The translations under genes and the position numbers were made by a program. Shown piece after piece: positions 1 through 11,242 of a DNA stretch of 64,000 nucleotides (position 1 is its first letter; each line of letters begins with the position of its first letter). Source of the DNA: Toensbergia leucococca (Eukaryota); the NCBI GenBank assembly GCA_022813965.1, contig JALDZS010000041.1:62001-126000 (forward strand), read 5' to 3'. The notes beneath the pieces are model-generated. The model ran no database searches, was not told where the DNA came from, and was given only the letters and a program-made list of their open reading frames with translations.

Positions 1-736
1 CTAGTGCAAGACCTACTGGCTCGGACGCTGGTACACACGGGATGTCTCTAGTCTCCTGGATACTGGCAGAATAAAAGTAGCCTTTGGAGGTAGCGTGGAG
101 GTGGTGGAAAGTGACTAATTTATGGGTGCGGCTAGCCATGGCAACGGCCTCATCTACGAACGGTGAGATGGTCTCCGAAGTGGTCCTGTTTCTGTACAGC
201 ACTGCTAGGTCTCGATTTGCAGAGAAAGCCAATTTGATGGCTTCAACATCACTGCAACGTGCTCGAAGGTCAACTTTCAGACGGACATGATGCTGAGTCA
301 ATTCATAGATTCTAATGTGTTCAAAATCATGGATGGTAGCCAACTGAGCTGGCGCTCCTGGAGCGAATATCCATTGACTCCCTCTGGTAAGACTTGTTGG
401 GGCTGAAGCGTACTTGGTGATGTCGGCGAGAAGGCGTGCACCGCAAAGGTTTTGGGCGGCCCGTTTGCGAAAACGTAGAAAGAGATCTGGAGATGGGACA
501 TCGTCAAGACCGAGGTTCAGGCCAGGAATCCTACGTAGTTGGCGCAATAGGACTCTCCTGCTTTTGGCAGCATCGAAGAACTCCTTGCAAGTCAGTAGTG
601 ACGAGAATAGGGTTCCCGGATCCATGTGCCAGAAGACAATCTGTAGGACCTCGACAGGAAGGTCGAGGAGTCCGAACGGTCCCTGCCTGGATCCCATAGT
701 GTTTGATGAGGCATCATCCAGAAGATCTGTGGACAT
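1..736 (-). CDS. F-box domain protein (3' end lies outside the window)
   Basis: Open minus-strand frame from ATG 736 to the window edge, absent from the ORF track: MSTDLLDD...GLLDLPVEVLQIVFWHMDPGTLFSSLLTCKEFFDAAK. The LxxLPxExLxxI...L.C+.F pattern is F-box-like. Confidence 0.7.
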   Translation of the reverse strand, partial: MSTDLLDDASSNTMGSRQGPFGLLDLPVEVLQIVFWHMDPGTLFSSLLTCKEFFDAAKSRRVLLRQLRRIPGLNLGLDDVPSPDLFLRFRKRAAQNLCGARLLADITKYASAPTSLTRGSQWIFAPGAPAQLATIHDFEHIRIYELTQHHVRLKVDLRARCSDVEAIKLAFSANRDLAVLYRNRTTSETISPFVDEAVAMASRTHKLVTFHHLHATSKGYFYSASIQETRDIPCVPASEPVGLAL

Positions 737-1181
737 CTAGATGGTCAGCGAAAGTGTCGCGAATGGATTTGGATTGTTGTTGCCTCGGCTGCGCTAGCAC
801 GGTAATAGAATAGTTCGACCAGCCAATCGAGAAGGTCCTATTCGTAGAGTAAGGAACAAATCCAACCATGACAGCTTACCATATGATACGAGCTCAGGTC
901 TAGTACTTGCTGAGAAATAAAGAGCCAGATACAGTCAATCTCCTTGAACAGACTCCCCAAGTTTTCTGAGAGTGCTATTCATACAAGATTGCAAGACTGC
1001 AAATGGAAGGAGCAGTCAGCTCACCCAATCAGAGGAGTCACAGAAATAGAAAATAGTAACCCTGACCAAGTTGATGCTGAGGACGGTCTCTGACGTCTGG
1101 AACGAAAGAAAGAAGCCTGGCTAGCCCTAAAGTTGGATTGCTTTGTTGAAATGCATCAAAACCTAAACGCCAGTCCCAATG

Positions 1182-1684
1182 CTATTGCACACTTCCACCA
1201 CCACAACATTCTCCGCTCGTTTCTAGCATTCCCTTTCCCCCCATTTTGACTGTGTCGTTGTCCCCCCTCTCTGTTTCCCCGTGTATTCGTAATTCTATTG
1301 CTCCCCTTCGTCAGTGGCTCATGCATCCCCTCCCACCAGATTGCCATTTTTAAGCTAAGATCACAGATCGACTCACGGTATCTCTCTTCTTGGCTCTCAT
1401 CCACTGTCTTCTCTCCCTGGACTACATTCTGTCTAAGTATCTTCGCTACATCCTCTGCATGCACAATTGCAGCATTGACCTCCTGGTCTGTGGGCAACAG
1501 AGTGCGCTTTGTGTCGAACTGGTTGCGAGCTTCTTTGCGGGCAGCGTGGAGGACGCGGTCGTCACCTATGAGCGGACGAGGGTGTTGGCAGGGTGTGTCG
1601 GGAGCATTGTGTGGAGGTAGAGACTGTACCTTGAAAGGCAATGCGAGTTGAGCGAAGAACATGGCGATAGGCTGCCAATGCCAT
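1182..1684 (-). CDS. MZM1: LYR-motif mitochondrial complex III assembly factor (Mzm1/LYRM7), 3 exons
   Basis: Spliced: MALAAYRHVLRSTRIAFQG|DDRVLHAARKEARNQF...AKILRQNVVQG...Y|QLRIHGETERGDNDTVK...VQ*. Intron 1 is 1566-1629 (GT-AG). Confidence 0.9.
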
Positions 1685-1949
1685 CTTCCCGTGCTCACTC
1701 ATATGCGTTGGCCTTTCGACATGAAGGAAACAATTGAAAACTTGAACCTCGGTAAGGATAGGTCGTAGGAGTCAACAAGCCCTAAATCCGGCGCTTCGGT
1801 AGCGCTAGTTTAGCCGAGAGCTATCCTACCTAGCGCATCAGCCATGGTTCAAGGATTGTCTCAAAAATTCCTCAATCATTAAGGTAGATGAGGTTAAGTA
1901 AGCTTGGGTAGAACCACTTTCGGACTCCCACCTAACACCCAGCGCAGTC

Positions 1950-3422
1950 ATGGCAACTGCACAAGTGTCGCTGCCTCTGCCAATTCTGCCAGAGGGCTGG
2001 TTTGGCGAGAAAGACTTCAAGGCCATCAGCACACTCTCGTCTACCACCCAGCGCAATATCGAGCCAGTGGGACCTCACTTTCTAGCACATGCGCGAAGAG
2101 TATGCTTATCGAGTTTCGAAAACTTATCAGTATATCACAGGAGAATGGCGCTAATTCCAAATGTAGAAGCGCCATCACCGCACCTTCTCAGAAGACGAGC
2201 GCATCCAAGCTCAGGAAAATGTCAAAAAGGTCGAAGACGATGATACGGGTGACATTAGTGAGCCTGAAGATCCATTGATGCTTCAGCGTGACGCCAAAGA
2301 TTGGAAGGTACCGCTACCTTAATATTATCAACTACATTTCCCACCCCTGTATTCTGACAATATCCCCCTCTTTAGGGTCAAGACCACTACGCCGTCCTCG
2401 GCCTCTCCAAATACCGCTTCCGGGCCACGGAGACCCAAATTAAGCGCGCCCATCGTAAAAAGGTCCTCCGTCACCATCCAGACAAGAAAGCCGCCGCAGG
2501 TAATACCGAAGACGACAGCTTCTTCAAATGTATCCAGAAGGCCACTGAGATTCTACTCGACCCTGTTAAACGCCGGCAATTTGACTCCGTCGACGAGGCC
2601 GCTGACGTGGAGCCACCCACCAAAAAACAGGCGCAGAAATCAGGCTTCTTCAAGCTTTGGAACCCGGTGTTCGAGGCCGAGGGTCGGTTCAGTAGGACGC
2701 AACCTGTGCCGCGGCTGGGGGATGATAAGAGTACAAAGGAGGAGGTGGAGCACTTCTACAACTTTTTGTACAATTTTGATAGCTGGCGATCGTTTGAGTA
2801 TCAGGATGAAGATGTCCCGGACGACAATGAAAACCGTGACCAGAAACGGCAGGTTGAGCGCAAGAATAACAATGCGCGCAAGAAGAAGAAGACTGAGGAT
2901 ACGGCTAGGTTAAGGAGCCTGGTCGATGAGTGTTTGGCGGGGGATGAGCGGATCAAGAAGTTTAAGAAGGAGGAGAGGGCGGGGAAGGATAAGAAGAGGG
3001 TAGACAGGGAACTGGCGGAGAAAAAGGAGAAGGAAGACGTGGAGAGGAAAAAGCGGGAAGAGGAGAAGGCGAAGAAGGAGAGAGAGGAAGTTGAGAAGAA
3101 GGAAAAAGCAGAGGGCAAAAAAACCAAGGAGGCGGCCAAGAATGCGGCCAAGAAGAATAAAAGGGTCCTGAAAAGCAGTGTCAAAGATGCGAATTACCTG
3201 ATTGAGAACGGGGAGACTGCAAGTGCGGCTGTCATTGATGGGGTTCTGGGCGAGGTTGAGACTGTAATGGGCAAGATTGATAATGAGGAGTTGGCTGCCT
3301 TGGCGGAGAAGCTAGGGGGAAAGAAGGGCGCCGTGGAAGTTGGGGGTGTGTGGAAAGGGGAAGTGGAGAGGTTGGTTGGGGAGGGGAAATTGAAGGCTGG
3401 GGAGTGTAAGCATATAGGGTGA
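1950..3422 (+). CDS. ZUO1: Zuotin, ribosome-associated J-domain chaperone, 3 exons
   Basis: NIEPVGPHFLAHARR, DAKDWK|GQDHYAVLGLSKYR, J-domain HHPDKK, FYNFLYNFDSWRSFEYQDED, charged C-terminus. Confidence 0.97.
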
Positions 3423-3804
3423 TGAGCGATTGGGGGGGGAGGGGGGGAATGATGAGACGTGCGAGATTTTTTGGTTCTTGAAGCATTTCTCTTGTCTTAG
3501 AGTCGTCTTCACTTTTGGGATCCGCGAGAAGGGAATAGAGGTTCATCTTCTCAGCCACTTTAAGGGTAATTGGCAAACAAATTGACTAGGTTCTCCACGC
3601 ATCGAAGCAGGACTCCAAGCTCCCGCTACAATCATACCAGTACATCCAAAATTTCATTCAATGCTCCTTGGGATTTAGCGCGCCCATACTTACGGGCATC
3701 CCATCTATCAAACATGAACCAATTCCTACAAACACCCACCTTATATACCCTCCTCGCCTCCCTAACACCCAAACGCCTTCCTTGACCCCAAGAAGCCTAC
3801 ATAT

Positions 3805-4821
3805 CTAATTCCTCAACTTCCGCAACCGATCGCCCAACCCTTCCTCCTCCACCTCCGTCGCCTGCCCTGCCGGCAACTTTACCGGTGCCTCCTTCGGCGC
3901 CGCGGCCTCAGAACTCAATTCCACTCCTGCTTCGTCGGCCACTTGGTTGATCAAGCGGTCAACGTCGTCTTGGGGGGTACCGACTGCGGTAGCACTGGAG
4001 GTGGCATTTTCGTAGTATCCGGTTGCGACATCTAGATCTTCGAATTGAGTTTCGAACTTGTCCATCACGGCGGATATCTGTGGCAAAGGGGGTTAGAGAG
4101 GGGTTCATGGATCGGGTAGTCGCGGAAAATGGGGAAGTTTTAGTGAGTGCTGAATGATGGGGGGGGCTAGGAATGCAATTCATAATTGAGTAGAGAAGAG
4201 GTGAAAACATCATACGCCATGACCCGATTTGTGACAAAGAATAGGAATCACAAGACTCAAAAAATAAATGAAACAGGTACGGAAAGCAGGAGGCGTACCT
4301 TCTCCAGATCCATTGCTCTCATGGCGCCATCCATACCCTTGACCACATTCGCCATACTGCCTGTCACCTGCCTCATCGTCACGGCCGTCTGCACCCTACT
4401 CGCGACAGCGTCGATCCTTGACCCCAGCCGAAGCAAATTAAGTTTCTCATTCTGTTTACGGATGGCATTTTGGGCATAGATTTTGGCGATATCCGCGTGG
4501 GACTGCTGGATTGCCTAATCGTGCGGAGAATTACTTTAGTATGGGGGTGTGGATCTGGTGGCTGGGGCGGAAGGGGGTGGACGCGCAATATTCCTGTAAG
4601 CGCAAGGGAATTGGGAAAGGCGGATTTGCGAACCTTTTTCAGCTTATTCTTTTCAGCGGTTTCATCTTTGCCCGCTTTGGCCGCTTGACGGTTGAGCTGT
4701 TTGGCGGTGAACTAGAGGTACGAGAGAGGCTGGTCAATTCAGAGAAGACTACCAAGTTGGGAGAACTAAGGAAACGATGACGTACTTTGAGGTTGAAGAG
4801 AGCTTTTTCTAAGCCGGACAT
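3805..4821 (-). CDS. DID2: ESCRT-III protein Did2/Vps46 (CHMP1), 4 exons
   Basis: [29 protein letters not shown]...[40 protein letters not shown]...|[16 protein letters not shown]...[10 protein letters not shown]. Confidence 0.95.
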
Positions 4822-5160
4822 GATTGGCCTATGGATAACAGGACTGGATACTGAGGGGAGGTAGTACTTGTCGTATTCTGAAGGCTGCGCAAGTGATTCC
4901 TGGAATAGTCTTGTTGGGTAAATAGGTACTGTCGTACGGAGTAGATGCCTAAACTCCGCCGTTGTTCTTGACCCCTGGTGCCCCCCTCCGCGTGAAGACA
5001 GCTAGCCGAGTTGAGTCACGCTAGCAATCTCCCCACAACGAAGGAATTTCGAGAGAATTTCTTCTGTACTCGCCTACTACAACGTCATATCTACTATCCT
5101 ACGCCAGACATTCATGATCAAAATTTTACAGGATCGCTGAGAGCCTGCTCTTCTACAGTA

Positions 5161-6747
5161 ATGCCAAAAGCTACAACGCCGGTCTTCCAAGGACCTAAAA
5201 ACGCCAGACGTCACAATCCTTTATCTGATGACTTGAGGGCGACAGGGCCTCTGCGATCAATTCCAAAGAAGAGGAAAAGCAAGTATGATGACGAGGAAGG
5301 AGAAAGATTTGTGGACTCCAGATCTTCAAGCAAGATATTGAAGATTGGCCAAGATCTGGCCAACGAAGAGCAGGAGGAAAGCAGGGCAAAACTACCAAAT
5401 CCAGCGTTTACATTCGAGTCACGCTTCGGCGAAGATGAAGACTCAGATGCAGAATTCCAAGAAGACGATGAAGAGGCTTGGGGCGACGAGGATGACGAAG
5501 TCATAGAAGAAGCAGTATGCATAACCTTTGTAACCAAGTCCTCATATAATGGAAGACACTGATTGATGGCGAGATAGGAAATGAGCTCGAATGATTTAGA
5601 CTTGTTCAATAGATTCATGCCTTCAACAGAAGATCCCCTATTGCAGCCTGGTGAAGATGCCGAAACCAGTCAGGGGCAGAGTACGAACCTTGCAGATTTG
5701 ATTTTAGAGAAAATTGCTGCGCATGAAGCTGCTCAAGCGGGTGAACCTATCATACAAGGAGGCGGGCCTCCCGAAGATGCAATTGAACTGCCCGCAAAAG
5801 TAATCAAAGTTTATTCAAAGTATGTCAGACTTCATAGAGACTGTAGTTTTTCATGGAGAACTTACTAACCGGCTTACGGTAGGACTGGCCTTTTACTATC
5901 CCGATATAAGTCCGGCAAACTTCCCAAACCTTTCAAGGTCATTCCCTCTCAACCCCAGTGGGAGGAACTACTTTCAATTACGAGACCCGAGGCATGGACC
6001 GCAAATGCCTGCTACGAAGCCACTAAGATTTTTGTTTCAGCTAAACCACATATCATCCAGGGTTTTCTCGAGTCAGTGATACTGGATCGAGTCCGCGATG
6101 ACATCCATGAAACGAGAAAACTAAATGTTCACTTATATAATGCACTGAAGAAAGCATTATACAAACCTGCAGCATTCTTCAAGGGTTTCCTTTTTCCACT
6201 TGTTGGCAGCGGCACCTGTACTCTCAGAGAGGCACATGTTATTTCCAGTGTCCTAGCGAGGGTCTCAATACCAGTGTTACATTCAGCAGCCGCGCTACTC
6301 AGACTGACCGAGATCGCAGCTGAACAGACATCTGTCTCAACTGAGGGGACTGGCGCTACAAATATCTTCATAAGAGTACTTCTGGAAAAAAAGTATGCAC
6401 TTCCTTATAAAGTCATTGACGGCTTAGTCTTCCACTTCATCCGATTTCGTGCTACCGCACCAGACGTCGGAGCTGTCCCCATATCTGGAGCCACCGGTCT
6501 AGGAGGAAAAGACCTAAAGCTCCCTGTGCTTTGGCATCAAAGTCTATTAGCATTTTCGCAGCGCTATCGTAATGATATTACGGAGGACCAGCGAGAAGCA
6601 TTACTGGATTTGCTGTTGTTCCGAGGACACAAAGACATAGGACCCGAAGTACGGAGAGAATTGCTTGAAGGTAGGGGAAGAGGCGTGGCGGTCGAAGAAA
6701 GGGGCGGTGACGGTGGAGATGATACAATGGTGCTCGACCCTGTTTGA
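5161..6747 (+). CDS. ENP1: Bystin / 40S pre-rRNA processing protein Enp1, 3 exons
   Basis: MPKA...RRHNPL, LSRYKSGKLPKPFKVIP, KLNVHLYNALKKALYKPAAFFKGFLFPL, LPVLWHQSLLAFSQRYRNDI. Confidence 0.96.
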
Positions 6748-8450
6748 GCCAGCTTTGAGATCAGCATTCGATGAAAGATTTTTCAATCTCGATTGCACCT
6801 TCAAACCACGGTGACCTGTTGGTACCGTTCGAGGCTTTGAGTAGAATGGAGATCGTCCAACATGACAGCTTGAAGAGAAAGCAACAAAGGTCGGTTGGAG
6901 AGCCTCATCTTCAAGGGCGCAGGAGTTTGTCGAATAGAACAGTTGGGCGTCAACGCCGCTGACATCAGAAGGACGTTTGGAATGGATCTCCAACCTGTTT
7001 GACAATGATCACCCAACGAGTGGCACGGGAGAAAAACAGTGACGGACGCACTAGGCCATTATGCTTAATTACAGAGAGCAACTGATGATCCAACCCAGCC
7101 CTCGGAGACAGTTGGACCTGCTGGAGTAGTATTCACAAGTCACGACTGCGATTCCGGCAGGATCTGATCTAGGCGGAGGCTGTCACAGTAGCTAAGGTGT
7201 AGCTAGGTTGGTGAGAATGAAATCATCAAATGAACATGATACAGTCTCCGGATGAGACGATAGAAGTTTTGCTACGTAACATCGAATGTTCGATATTCAC
7301 GCTATGTTTGTGCTAAACTCAGGTACCATCGGTCCATGTCCATGTCCATATCGATGTAGGCATGGCACGAGGGCAGTAGTAGCTCAGCTTCGGGCATTTT
7401 ACTCACGATTTAGGGTTTGGCGGGAGAGACTCGGTTCATGTGGGCGTTTCAAGCCGCATAGCCCATATGGCGCAAGAGTTGGGCGGTGGGTACTTCGGTA
7501 CAAGGTAGAATACAAGCAAAATCAAAAATGGCTGGATTTAGATCACGAGGGAGATTGTTCGTCCGAGAGTGCTTCGGAGCAGAAGAAGTCGATGTAATCA
7601 GAGTGGAGAGTTTAGAGTGGCTACTCATGCACACAGTCAGATTGGGAGTGACCTTACCGAGAATGGACCAATTGAATTGATTGAGTTGCCCCTTAGAATA
7701 CTCGGATTGCGAAATGTCTCGTATACGGTCGGCTTACGTCAATGAATCATACTCCAGATGATAATGTCCCTCTCGGTCCACTTCCTCACCAACGCCCTTG
7801 TCCAAAGCCCCACCGAGGACGCTCATTCTCCATAACAGTGTGCCGTGATGTTGAAACCAATTGCGCCGCTTATAGAGGTTGGAGGTTGGTGAAACTGCTG
7901 GCGAATTCTGAGGCTCAGCTTTTTTCCCACTAAGTTTGGCATCCTAAAGCAGAAACTTTAACGAAAATACCCAGGTAGTTCTACTAAGCCTCGTATTATT
8001 CTTCCCCCTTAGAACGGGCAGGCTGCGCATATAAGTTCGTGCGTTGCCCCGGATCATCATCATCAGCACATTCACAAGCCACAAGAATTCACCATCGAGA
8101 TTCATCATTCACAGTGGTGATAGTTCAATACAAACAAAGTCTGCAACCCCTCTCACTCTTATTCGAATCCCGCCGTCTCCGCTTTGGTAATGTGTCCTCT
8201 TTGACCGAAATCTGCTGCCTAGCAGACTAGCTTGTATCATGATAAATCGCATCGACCGCCATCAATAACGAAGTCTATTATTCTTGTAAAAAGGCTATCC
8301 CTCATTAAACTTATCGAGAGCAGGAGGTTCCTGCTTTGGCCAAGGAAGTTACTCATTCCAAAGAATCCGTCGACCAACCAACGCCTAGCATCTGCCACGC
8401 CAAAGGACTATTTGACTGGCATTTTCTCGAACATTGAATATTTAATCAAG

Positions 8451-9942
8451 ATGATCGATGATGACTTTTCTCCCATCGGACTCTACTCCTCGAGCCCTCT
8501 CGATTATTATCCCCAAGCCACTGTTACCCTCGCTGAGACGACTTTATTGACGCCCACATCTCCGGAATCCTATTACACTAATAGTGTCAGAGAAGGCAGT
8601 TATAGGGATGACACCGATGAAAAGAAGCCAACAAAGAAACGGAAATCATGGGGACAAGAATTGCCTACACCGAAGACGAATCTTCCTCCTCGGTAAGTCT
8701 GAACATTAGCATGCCTGTGGTTACACTGTCAATTTTCCAAGCGCTCATACAATTCGTAGGAAACGCGCAAAGACGGAAGACGAAAAAGAACAACGTCGCA
8801 TAGAGCGCGTCCTCCGAAATCGTCAAGCGGCTCAATCTTCGCGGGAGCGTAAGCGCCAAGAAGTCGAAAAGTTGGAAGGCGAGAAAATGTCCATCGAGCA
8901 TCAGAACCAACGCCTGAAGGAGCGCATAATGGCCGCTGAGCACGAAAAATTCAAACTCGCACAACAACTCGCTAGGATGGCTGCCGAGATGGCCGTCCTT
9001 CAGGGCAAACCACCAAAAAACGGCTCCGTCGCATCTAACACTGTGGCAAATTCCCGTGCTCCGTCACCGAACGTCGAGGCCGAACTTCTTCACCAGCAAG
9101 CTATCAAACAAGAAATAGATGAATATTCCTCCTTTCTACCATCACCACAAATCACCATCGATCCCCGATCCTCCTTCTCGTCAGAATCTCCGTCGCCCGA
9201 ATACTCACGTTCTTCGTCTCCCTCACACTTGGACTTTGATGACATTACCACCTCTCCGGATATGACACAACATCCTGCTGCGATGTTGTGTGGCCTGCAG
9301 TGTCAGTCCGGAGCAGCCTGGCTGCCATCGATTCCAATTCAAGACGAGGTTCAACGGCAACTACCAAACCCGCAACAGACGAACATGCTCTTCACAATCA
9401 TCACGCATCTTCTTTGTCTGACGCTGAGCTCAGCCGTCTCTTCAACGCTCCTTCGCCCACTTTACCTGATTTTCAATTCTTTGCAGACGGGCTCGCCTCT
9501 ACCGATCGAGACAACCTCGGGGGAGATAGCGACGCCAATGCTTTTGCATTTGATTCAATGGTTGATCTTGACGCCTGCCAATCTCACAGCAACGGACCCC
9601 AGTACACAGATTTCAACGACTACAGCATCCACCCAACCGACGACCACTTTGACAATCTCTTCTCGGCAACGCCCGACTTTCCGCATAAGCTTGCTGCGAC
9701 GTCTTCTAGCTTGCAGCCCCGCCTTGGCGCGTCCTCTTAAGGGTGCGACAGGCCGGGCTTTGCAGATGAAGACTAGCGACGCGCTCCGCAGGAAGTTCAA
9801 CGGCTCAGCCCGTGAGGAGATTTTCGAAGAGGTCCAAGGTGGGGATACGACTAGTTTGTTGGCAGATAGCCGAACCGACGAGGATTGGCCAGCTTTGATG
9901 ACATTGCTTTGGCGATTGATTCATTTGAGAAGGAAAATATGA
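8451..9942 (+). CDS. hacA: bZIP unfolded-protein-response transcription factor HacA/Hac1 (unspliced form ends 9942; Ire1-spliced form ends 9740)
   Basis: KKRKSWGQELPTPKTNLPPR|KRAKTEDEKEQRRIERVLRNRQAAQSSRERKR. Canonical intron 8693-8759 plus the unconventional 20-nt intron. Confidence 0.96.
9254..9313 (+). other. Ire1-cleaved non-spliceosomal 20-nt intron (9278-9297) within a twin stem-loop
   Basis: Stem 9265-9274/9282-9291 with loop CTG'CTGC; stem 9291-9294/9302-9305 with loop CTG'CAGT; basal helix CTCCGGA/TCCGGAG. Both loops match CNG'CNGN. Confidence 0.95.
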
Positions 9943-10440
9943 AATGTAACAGAGATGACTTGAGCGACGTCCCACGGCTTCCGGGGAGTACGCTGGCGAG
10001 GTTGCTGGGTAGAGAGGGAATCGGAATACACAGAGAAGGACTTGCGGTAAACAAAGGCGTCGATGCATTTTTAGGGAGTTTGGAGTACGAAAGTGTGGGG
10101 AAGTCGCCGAGGTTCCTTTTGACGAAGAAGGGGTGAATTGATGAGCCGGTTTGAGCTTCACCTGGCTAAGTTTTGGCTTTTTGTCTGAGTAGATTCGAGG
10201 ATTGCATAGAGTGATGGAGATTTCTTCAAGAAGATTTCTGATTTCTTTTTCAAAATGTGCTATATATTCAGTCTCTTGATCCCTGGAAAAATCCATTGCC
10301 GTAGACACATCACTAGTTGAGCGTTTTTTTTGTTCGCCCCATTCGCCATCGACGACTAGCATCAGGAGCCTTTACATGGATACCGCCCCCTTTCTATTAC
10401 AAATCACCTACCTGCGCAACGAAGCACTGCTTCAAAGCAG

Positions 10441-11100
10441 CACCAACTCAAAAATCATTTCAATTTCTGTAATACATTTATGTTCACCAAATTCTTCACC
10501 CTAACCACTCCTATCTTCCTCTCTTCATTTAGAGAACAACAGTCACCTCAATCCTGATTTCAATTTCTAAAATACATCAATCATCATAACCTATAACTAA
10601 TTGACCTAAATCATCTAATCTTATCACCTCATATCAAGCAATGAGTGATAAAGATCTCAGAGCCTTCAGTGAGCTATGTGTCATCTGAAATATGTGAACA
10701 TGCTCTTAGGCTACTCAATGATTTTATATGACTCTTTTGAATGTGAGTATAAGACTGAAGATGAGTCATGATGACTTCTTACATTGAGGGTATAATAGGT
10801 TTATTGAAGAAATTCAGAAACTCAGATCTTTTGAATAATCAGAGCTGTCATGGTGTCTCAATTGACATGCATCACTTTTACTGAAAGTTAATCATGAACT
10901 GAGTCTTCTTAGCAAGTCACTTCTTCTTCTTCTTCGTCTTCTTTCTCAGCAAGGAATTGAGTCAACATCTCTAATCTCAAAGCACTTTTATCATCTTCTT
11001 GTCACACATCATATCAAAGAATATGAAGAAGAACTGAATCATCACGGTTAAGATAAAACAGTATTCACATTCATTGAAGTCTCTATGAGCAGATAAGCTC
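10441..11100. repeat. AT-rich, CpG-depleted patch, probable decayed repeat or TE relic
   Basis: Only 2 CpG counted by eye in about 660 bp, abundant TGA/TCA, no ORF. Confidence 0.4.
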
Positions 11101-11242
11101 AGATCTTTCAAAAAGAAAAAGAAAAAAAACAAACTAGCTACTCATGTTCCCCCCCCCCTACAATCCAACCCAGTCTGAAGCGATACAGCAAAAAAAATAA
11201 CGTCCAATACCAAACATCCCTTCCCCCAAAAATCATCTCCAC

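Noticed and set aside
7082..7167. Box C/D-like TGATGA...CTGA with a 9-nt complement to the 18S 5' end
   Set aside because: Imperfect box C, negligible terminal stem, and a match short enough to be chance.
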